Of a stretch of DNA of 44,647 nt, positions 38,849 through 44,647 are shown one piece after another; position 1 is the first letter of the stretch; each line of letters opens with the position of its first letter. Location: positions 1 to 44,647 of the forward strand of contig CAYQCW010000002.1 of assembly GCA_964416155.1 (NCBI GenBank), in the 5' to 3' direction. The position numbers and the translations under genes were made by a program. This DNA is from an uncultured Nitrososphaerota archaeon. GTDB lineage: Archaea; Thermoproteota; EX4484-205; JAAOZP01. The notes below the pieces were generated by a model. That model made no database searches and had not been told where the DNA came from. It was given only the letters and a program-made list of their open reading frames with translations.

Positions 38849-38871
38849 CGGTCGAGGGGACTCGGTTTAAA

Positions 38872-39891
38872 ATGGGCAGCAGGGAGATAGGCGTCTGCCT
38901 GGTTGGATGCGGCTTCATAGGTTCAATGCATGCTGAGAGGTGGAGACAGATACCGGAGGCGAAGCTTGTCGCGTGCGTCGACCTTGAGGAGGAGCGGGCT
39001 AAGTTTTTCAAAGAAACCTATGGTTTTCAGGAATATGGAGAGGGACTGGACCGTTTTCTGAGCCTCGACACGGTTGATGTAGTCGACGTTTGCACACCGA
39101 CTTACACGCATAAGGATATTGTGCTCAAATGTCTGGAGCACGGTAAGCACGTGATTGTTGAAAAACCGGTTTCGCTGAAACTATCCGACGCGAGGGAGAT
39201 GACTCGAAGAGCCGCGAATAGTGGGCTTAAGCTTATGGTTGCACACGTGTTGAGGTTTTGGGGGGAATACGTCTTGGCTAAGAAGCTGATAACGGATGGT
39301 GCGATAGGGGAGCCTTCGGTGGCGCGAGCCTACAGGCAGTCAGCCTTTCCAAGCTGGGCTTGGGAAAACTGGCATGACTATTTGAATAAGGGCGGAGGCG
39401 TTTTCGTCGACATGAGTATACATGACGTTGATTTCCTAAGATGGTCTCTGGGAGAGGTTGATGAGGTTTATGCTCAAGGGGGGACATACGTTAGGAGAAA
39501 CGCTTCCTCGCATGACTATACTCAAGCCCTGTTGAAATTCAAGAGCGGCACAATAGCCTATGTTGAGGGCAGCTGGATAATGCCTGAAGACTACCCGTTC
39601 ACGACTTTCCTGGAGGTTGCCGGCACGAGGGGAATACTGCAGGTTGACAACCAGTCTACCGCAACGGTCTCGCTGCACAGGAGGGGTAGGGTTGAGAGGT
39701 TCACACCGTTCTACAAGGACGGTTACTATCTTGAGTTGAAAGCTTTCGTTGATTCTGTTCTCACTGATACTCCTCCTCCAGTGGGCGGGGAAGAAGGGTT
39801 GAGAAGCCTAGAGGTTGTTCTCGCAGCCCTAAAATCCGTATTAACCGGGGAACCCGTTAAGCTACCGTTGGAGGCTGATGTGGTTGAGTAA
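38872..39891 (+). CDS. Gfo/Idh/MocA oxidoreductase
   Basis: Motifs GCGFIG..H, EKP and GGG...D..IHD.D. Confidence 0.92.
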   Translation: MGSREIGVCLVGCGFIGSMHAERWRQIPEAKLVACVDLEEERAKFFKETYGFQEYGEGLDRFLSLDTVDVVDVCTPTYTHKDIVLKCLEHGKHVIVEKPVSLKLSDAREMTRRAANSGLKLMVAHVLRFWGEYVLAKKLITDGAIGEPSVARAYRQSAFPSWAWENWHDYLNKGGGVFVDMSIHDVDFLRWSLGEVDEVYAQGGTYVRRNASSHDYTQALLKFKSGTIAYVEGSWIMPEDYPFTTFLEVAGTRGILQVDNQSTATVSLHRRGRVERFTPFYKDGYYLELKAFVDSVLTDTPPPVGGEEGLRSLEVVLAALKSVLTGEPVKLPLEADVVE

Positions 39892-40885
39892 AACTAGGTT
39901 CGCCGTATTGTCTTTCGCGCACATCCATGCTTGGAGCTACGCTAGAGTTTTAAGAGAGCTTCCGGAAACAGAGCTAGTAGCCATATTCGACGACTCTCCT
40001 GAAAGGCTTAGAAGAGCTGGCGAAACCTATGGTGTTAAGAAGCTTTACAGCGATTTTGAGAAACTGCTTCAGACGGAGGAGGTCGACGCGGTAGTAATAG
40101 CTTCTGAAAACGCGAAGCACCGTGCGCTCGCACTGGCTGCGGCTGAAGCGGGGAAACACATGATCGTTGAGAAACCGATTGCAACAACCCTTCGAGACGC
40201 TGATGAAATGGTGTTGAAAGCGGAGAGAAAGGGTGTTAAGCTTCAGGTAGCGTTCGTAATGAGGCATCACGACTCAGCGGTAAAGGCTAGGGAGACGATT
40301 CTTTCAGGAGCCATAGGCAGAGTGATAGCGATAACCGCGACGAACCACGGCAAGTACCCGGACCTCTGGTTTGGAGACCCTGTGCTCGCAGGGGGAGGAG
40401 CCATAATGGATCACACGGTGCACGTGGCGGACTTAACAAGATGGTACACTGGAGACGAGTTTTCAAGAGTCTTCTGCCGTGTTGGAAGAAACATTAGGAG
40501 TGAGCTTAAGGTGGAGGATAATGCTATCCTCATGTGTGAAACCAGAAAAGGGGTTAAGGTTAGCATAGACTGCAGCTGGTCTAGGCCAGATACCTACCCT
40601 GTCTGGGGAGACGTTTACATGGGGGTGTTCGGAGAGAAAGGCTACCTGGTTCTAGACGCGTTCAAGTCTAACGTTTCCCTCGTAGAGTCAGGCTCACCTA
40701 TGACCTACCAGTATTACGGTCCAGACGCGGATCGAAACATGATTCTCGACTTCGTGCAGGTCATCAGGAGAGACGGTGTGCCACGGGCCTCGGGGCACGA
40801 TGGGAGACAGGCTTTGGAAGTAGCGCTGGCAGCATACGAGTCCTCCAGAAGCGGCAAGCCGGTTTCACTCCCGATTAAAGACTAG
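39878..40885 (+). CDS. Gfo/Idh/MocA oxidoreductase (SFAH.HA subtype)
   Basis: Motifs SFAHIHA.SY, EKP and GGGA.MDH.VH..D. Start at 39878 or 39884. Confidence 0.9.
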   Translation: MWLSKTRFAVLSFAHIHAWSYARVLRELPETELVAIFDDSPERLRRAGETYGVKKLYSDFEKLLQTEEVDAVVIASENAKHRALALAAAEAGKHMIVEKPIATTLRDADEMVLKAERKGVKLQVAFVMRHHDSAVKARETILSGAIGRVIAITATNHGKYPDLWFGDPVLAGGGAIMDHTVHVADLTRWYTGDEFSRVFCRVGRNIRSELKVEDNAILMCETRKGVKVSIDCSWSRPDTYPVWGDVYMGVFGEKGYLVLDAFKSNVSLVESGSPMTYQYYGPDADRNMILDFVQVIRRDGVPRASGHDGRQALEVALAAYESSRSGKPVSLPIKD

Positions 40886-40974
40886 AAGGAAAAGGGTGTT
40901 CCAACCCTCATTCCTAAGCTGTAAGTAGAATCTAGAAGAATGTTTAAAAGGGCTTGGAAACACTTTGACCCGGA

Positions 40975-41820
40975 TTGATAGATGCCCACACTCATATTGG
41001 CAGGGTTAAATCGTGGAGCAGAAAACTAATAGGGACTGTTGAAACCGGTTTACCGGAATTACTGGAATACGTTGAGAGCCAGAACCTGGAGAAAGTAGTC
41101 CTCCTGCCGGTGGTGGGAAGCTACCCTGATATTGGGGAGGACATTGTTAAAACCGATGGCGCGCTTAAAGCCTATTCTCTCCACCCTGATAAAATAATCC
41201 CTTTCTGCGCTTTCAACCCGGATGACGGTGGTTTAAGAGATAAAATAAGGGTGGCGGTGAAGAATGGCTGCAGAGGGTTCGGCGAGCATAAGGTTGAGAC
41301 CAGGATTGATGATGAGCGGAACATCAACCTTTTCAAAACCTGCGGCGAATACGGTCTTCCGGTGCTGATACATATTGACAGCAGGTTTAACCCCGATTTT
41401 GAAGGCTTTAAGAATGTTGTTTCAAAGGTTGAAGAAACGGTTTTCATAGTTCACGGCCCAGGATGGTGGGCTCAAATAGGCGGCGAGAAGACGAGCGAGG
41501 TATATCCGAGGGGAAGAATAAGCGAGCCCGGTGAAACCGTTAGAATCCTTAAAGAATACAGGAATGTCTACGCAGACATCTCCGCCTTCTCAGGGTTGAA
41601 CGCGATCTCGAGAGACAGGGATTTCGGTAGAAGGTTCTTAAGCGAGATGAGCAATAAACTGATTTACGGAACAGATTTCCCATGCATAAACCCGGAGGGC
41701 TTGCAATTCGGCCCTGACAGATCCCACATATCTCTGCTGGAAAGCTATAATCTTGACGAGAAGGCATTTAGGAAAATAACTCGGGAGAATATTCTGAAGA
41801 TATTGCTGCCTGATGAGTAG
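40975..41820 (+). CDS. Amidohydrolase_2 family metal-dependent hydrolase
   Basis: Motifs IDAHTH, G.GE.K, PVL.H, HGPGWW, Y.D.SA.SG and GTD. Confidence 0.88.
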   Translation: MIDAHTHIGRVKSWSRKLIGTVETGLPELLEYVESQNLEKVVLLPVVGSYPDIGEDIVKTDGALKAYSLHPDKIIPFCAFNPDDGGLRDKIRVAVKNGCRGFGEHKVETRIDDERNINLFKTCGEYGLPVLIHIDSRFNPDFEGFKNVVSKVEETVFIVHGPGWWAQIGGEKTSEVYPRGRISEPGETVRILKEYRNVYADISAFSGLNAISRDRDFGRRFLSEMSNKLIYGTDFPCINPEGLQFGPDRSHISLLESYNLDEKAFRKITRENILKILLPDE

Positions 41821-41884
41821 AGCTCCCGCTGAAGACAGGCTTTGAGAGCTTGCAGGCAAGCCTCTCCGGTTTGAAAATTCATAC

Positions 41885-41898
41885 GAAAGGCTTTAAAT
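41885..41898 (+). promoter_or_regulatory. BRE/TATA promoter of the truncated PHP gene
   Basis: GAAAGGC-TTTAAAT, about 38 nt upstream of TTG 41936, with an SD-like GGGTG at 41927-41931. Confidence 0.5.
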
Positions 41899-41935
41899 CG
41901 GAGCTTGCTGCATCCTCGACCAAGATGGGTGTCTG

Positions 41936-42073
41936 TTGGATGAACCAAGCGGGAACCCGTTCGAATCCCCAGGCTTCCGGATAAAGAGTAATCTTCACGC
42001 TCACACAACTAATTCTGACGGAGCATTTTCTCCAGAAAGGGTGGTGGACTACTATTCTAGCGCGCGCTATTAG
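41936..42073 (+). pseudogene. N-terminal remnant of a PHP-domain (CehA/McbA-like) metallohydrolase
   Basis: Not in the ORF track: MDEPSGNPFESPGFRIKSNLHAHTTNSDGAFSPERVVDYYS|SARY*. Has the N/DLH.HT..SDG motif and is cut at the palindrome before the expected AITDH. Confidence 0.8.
42058..42069. repeat. Perfect palindrome TAGCGCGCGCTA
   Basis: Exact match at the PHP truncation point, 8 nt past the radical SAM stop. Confidence 0.9.
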
Positions 42074-42077
42074 AGGT

Positions 42078-42938
42078 TTAAAGGATGTTTGAACCGTCGC
42101 ATGTCTCCGCAGTATTCATGTCTTGAAAACCCTCTCTGCATGATGCGAAACCAATGGAGAGCTCTTCCGCGGCCTCCCTTACTTTCAAAATAAGCTCTCT
42201 CCGAAGCCTCTTAGCCATGTATGTTGACCTGCCTATGTTCTCACCCTGCGTATAAATATTCTTAAGCTCCTCCTCAAGCTCCGGAAAAGCCGTTAAAACT
42301 CTTTTGAAATTATCTGGCTTAGCCTTATAGGTTGAGGCTGTGACCTGCCTAACACCCGCTGCTGACGCTGCTTTAAGAACAGCCCGGATAGAATTGGAAT
42401 CGTCATTAACCCCTGGGATCAGCGGGTCAAGCCTGATCATCGTCGGTATTCCAGCTCTGCTTAAAGCCTCAAGCGCCCTAAGCCTGCTGACAGGATGCGG
42501 GGCGAAAGGCTCAAGCCTCTTTGCCACACGCCCGTTTAGCGTCGTGACTGTTACGCTTACGCAAACCCTCCCCTTTGAGAGAATATCAATATCCCTAGCT
42601 ACCAGATCTGATTTCGTAACTATTAGCAGTTTAAACCCGTTCCTAATGAACAGGGGAAGAGCCTCCCGCATGAGAAGGCTCTGAGCCTCCCCCGGCGTAT
42701 AAGGGTCCGAGCTGTTAGCGATTGATACAGGCTTACTCCTGTCAAGCTTCTTCAACTCCTTCTCAAGCTGCAGAAGAGTGAACTCCTTAACCCTAGATTG
42801 AAATGCTCTGGGAACATATGATGTTATGTAGCAGTAGACACACCTATGCCCACACCCGGCATAGGGGGAGAAACTATATTTCTCTGGACACGTGCACAGC
42901 TTGCCACGCCAGGGATCAAACGAAGTGATTAGCCCCAT
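42078..42938 (-). CDS. Radical SAM protein (spore photoproduct lyase-like, COG1533)
   Basis: Motifs PY.GC.H.C.YCY, SSDPY, TKS, LEP.AP and R.DP.IPG.ND. Confidence 0.88.
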   Translation of the reverse strand: MGLITSFDPWRGKLCTCPEKYSFSPYAGCGHRCVYCYITSYVPRAFQSRVKEFTLLQLEKELKKLDRSKPVSIANSSDPYTPGEAQSLLMREALPLFIRNGFKLLIVTKSDLVARDIDILSKGRVCVSVTVTTLNGRVAKRLEPFAPHPVSRLRALEALSRAGIPTMIRLDPLIPGVNDDSNSIRAVLKAASAAGVRQVTASTYKAKPDNFKRVLTAFPELEEELKNIYTQGENIGRSTYMAKRLRRELILKVREAAEELSIGFASCREGFQDMNTAETCDGSNIL

Positions 42939-42998
42939 GATTCAGACTTCTCTAAAAAACATAAGTGTTTTTACGATAAAAGCTTTTAACGAATATTT

Positions 42999-44366
42999 TC
43001 AACCGTATCTTGCAAGCATCTCCTTAAACCTTGTCTCCGCGTACCTGACTATTTTCTCAAGGGCCAGCTTGTTTCTCGCCTCCGCTATCAGCCTAACCTG
43101 TGGAAGCGTGTTTGAAGCTCTTAGGATGAACCAGCCGTCTTCAAGCTCAACCCTAACCCCATCCAGAGTCACAATCATATGGCCCTCTTTCTCGAAAATG
43201 CTCGCCAGATCCTTTACTACCCTGAACTTAACCTCGTCGGGAACCTCATAATCCTTCTTGAGAAACTCATATTTAGGCAGCTCAGCCACCAGTCTGGAAA
43301 GCTTTCCACCTGACCAGGTTAGGAGCTGGGCGACTTTAAGCGTTGCGAAAACAGCGTCGTCCAAACCGTATATCTCGCCGAAGTAAAGATGGCTGGATAT
43401 CTCGCCGCCGAAGAAAGCTTTCTCCGACATCATTCTATCCAGCACGAAGGCGTGTCCAACCCTGCTCATAACCGGTATCACCCTGTTTTCCCTAGCGATT
43501 TCCTCAACCAGCTTAGAGCAGCTGACCTCGTAAACAATCTTCTCACCAGGCTTATTTCTGAGAAAGTGTTTCACGAACAACGCTAGCAGCATGTCCCCCC
43601 TGATAATGTTTCCCTCGTCGTCGACGAAGAGAGCCCTGTCACAGTCACCGTCGTATCCAACTCCGAAATCATACCCGCCGTCTTTAACCTTCTCTCTCAG
43701 GGTTTTCAGCGACTCTTCAGTAGGCTCAGGCGACCTGCATGGGAAGTTGCCATCGGGATAATCGTTTATCGAGTCGACATCCAGCCCTATCCTCTGGAGG
43801 ATGTTTTTGCTGAGGATCGAGCCCGAACCGTTTCCAGGGTCTATTAAGATCCTAAGCCCGCCGACCTTGCCCATGAAGCTGTCGAGCAGGTAATCCTCGT
43901 ATTCCTCCAGGAGCTTCCCGCCAGCGTCCTCGACCGTGCCCTTAGAGGGGGAGAGCTGGAAGGCCTTCGAGTCGATTATCCTCTTTACTTCCTCCAGGCC
44001 CATTTCCCAGCCGCAGAGCTTGGCGTTCTCCTTACATAGTTTAAACCCGTTCCATTCCGGCGGGTTGTGGCTTGCTGTAACTATTATCCCCCCCTCGAGT
44101 TTCCAGTGGACGATCGCGAAGTATACCATCGGGGTTGGTATGAGCCCCAAGTTCACGACGTTGGCACCGGTTGATACGATACCGTCTATCAAGGCGGAGG
44201 CCAAGCTGCTGCTGCTCACCCTCACATCCCAGCCGATTCCAAACCGTTTACCCTCGCCGCCGAGATAGGAGGCGAACGCTAACCCTATGGTCCTAGCATC
44301 CTCATCGAAGATGTCCTTCCCGTAAACGCCGCGTATGTCGTAGGCCCGAAATATTTCGTCTTTCAA
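42999..44366 (-). CDS. Phosphomannomutase/phosphoglucomutase
   Basis: Motifs FRAYDIRG, TASHNP, DGDCDR, GE.S.H and RASNT. Confidence 0.93.
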   Translation of the reverse strand: MKDEIFRAYDIRGVYGKDIFDEDARTIGLAFASYLGGEGKRFGIGWDVRVSSSSLASALIDGIVSTGANVVNLGLIPTPMVYFAIVHWKLEGGIIVTASHNPPEWNGFKLCKENAKLCGWEMGLEEVKRIIDSKAFQLSPSKGTVEDAGGKLLEEYEDYLLDSFMGKVGGLRILIDPGNGSGSILSKNILQRIGLDVDSINDYPDGNFPCRSPEPTEESLKTLREKVKDGGYDFGVGYDGDCDRALFVDDEGNIIRGDMLLALFVKHFLRNKPGEKIVYEVSCSKLVEEIARENRVIPVMSRVGHAFVLDRMMSEKAFFGGEISSHLYFGEIYGLDDAVFATLKVAQLLTWSGGKLSRLVAELPKYEFLKKDYEVPDEVKFRVVKDLASIFEKEGHMIVTLDGVRVELEDGWFILRASNTLPQVRLIAEARNKLALEKIVRYAETRFKEMLARYG

Positions 44367-44647
44367 TGCCTAATCACGATTTCGTCCGATATCGTTAGTC
44401 CTATAACATATAAAAAGTTTTAGCGCGATCAGTTTTAAAGTCGAAATCATATAGTCATCTTTCAGAAGAATGAAACGAAGGTCACCCCGATATTTCCGCC
44501 TCCTCAGCTCGCGCGCTCCCTGGCCCCGCGCGCTGCACTCGAAGAGGCTACAAAGCAGCCAGGAGGACATGTAGAGAAGTTAAAGAATTCCGGGGATTCT
44601 TGGCGGCTCGCAACCGATTACGGCTACGCCGTCGTTATAAACGTAAT

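Noticed and set aside
41959-41968. GTTCGAATCC as a tRNA T-loop or integration-site fragment
   Set aside because: The flanks do not form a T-stem, and the sequence is explained as codons PFES of the PHP remnant.
261-44268. Many alternative ORFs overlapping real genes (e.g. 2573-3076, 26026-26682, 32729-33430)
   Set aside because: Antisense or off-frame shadows of well-supported genes, with no motifs of their own.
44463-44483. Hammerhead ribozyme core (CAGAAGA...GAAAC-GAAG-GTC)
   Set aside because: CUGANGA is mismatched and there is no stem II.
1-44647. CRISPR array, integron attC sites, transposase or integrase genes
   Set aside because: No regularly spaced 24-40 nt repeats, no convincing RYYYAAC...GTTRRRY attC folds at the motif sites, and no DDE or tyrosine/serine recombinase ORF recognised.

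Overview
An archaeal chromosome segment. A TACK lineage such as Bathyarchaeia or Brockarchaeota is inferred from the eukaryote-type topoisomerase IB, NurA, BRE/TATA promoters, AbrB-PhoU regulator and NosD-type surface-protein remnant. It carries NAD salvage genes (pncA, pncB), a ThiF/MoeB E1, the DUF39-CBS/NIL-ferredoxin/UPF0280 homocysteine module, a HEPN-MNT pair, many sugar and glycoconjugate catabolic genes (GH38, glycosylasparaginase, GH172, Gfo/Idh/MocA, Zn-dehydrogenases, xylulokinase), a pstSCAB-phoU locus, UDG, TopIB, a radical SAM protein and PGM/PMM. I saw no rRNA, canonical tRNA, CRISPR array, transposase or integrase. The main unexplained signal is a 12-bp palindrome, TAGCGCGCGCTA, found about 12 times (2 perfect), always outside or at the very end of intact genes. 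Several copies sit at the breakpoints of gene remnants that the ORF track misses or misreads (VapB, PHP hydrolase, two surface proteins, a tentative PIN fragment), and two matching variants flank the HEPN-MNT module. This suggests an undescribed recombination, excision-footprint or deletion-scar system; the mechanism is inference only. All annotations come from manual motif recognition, not database searches.
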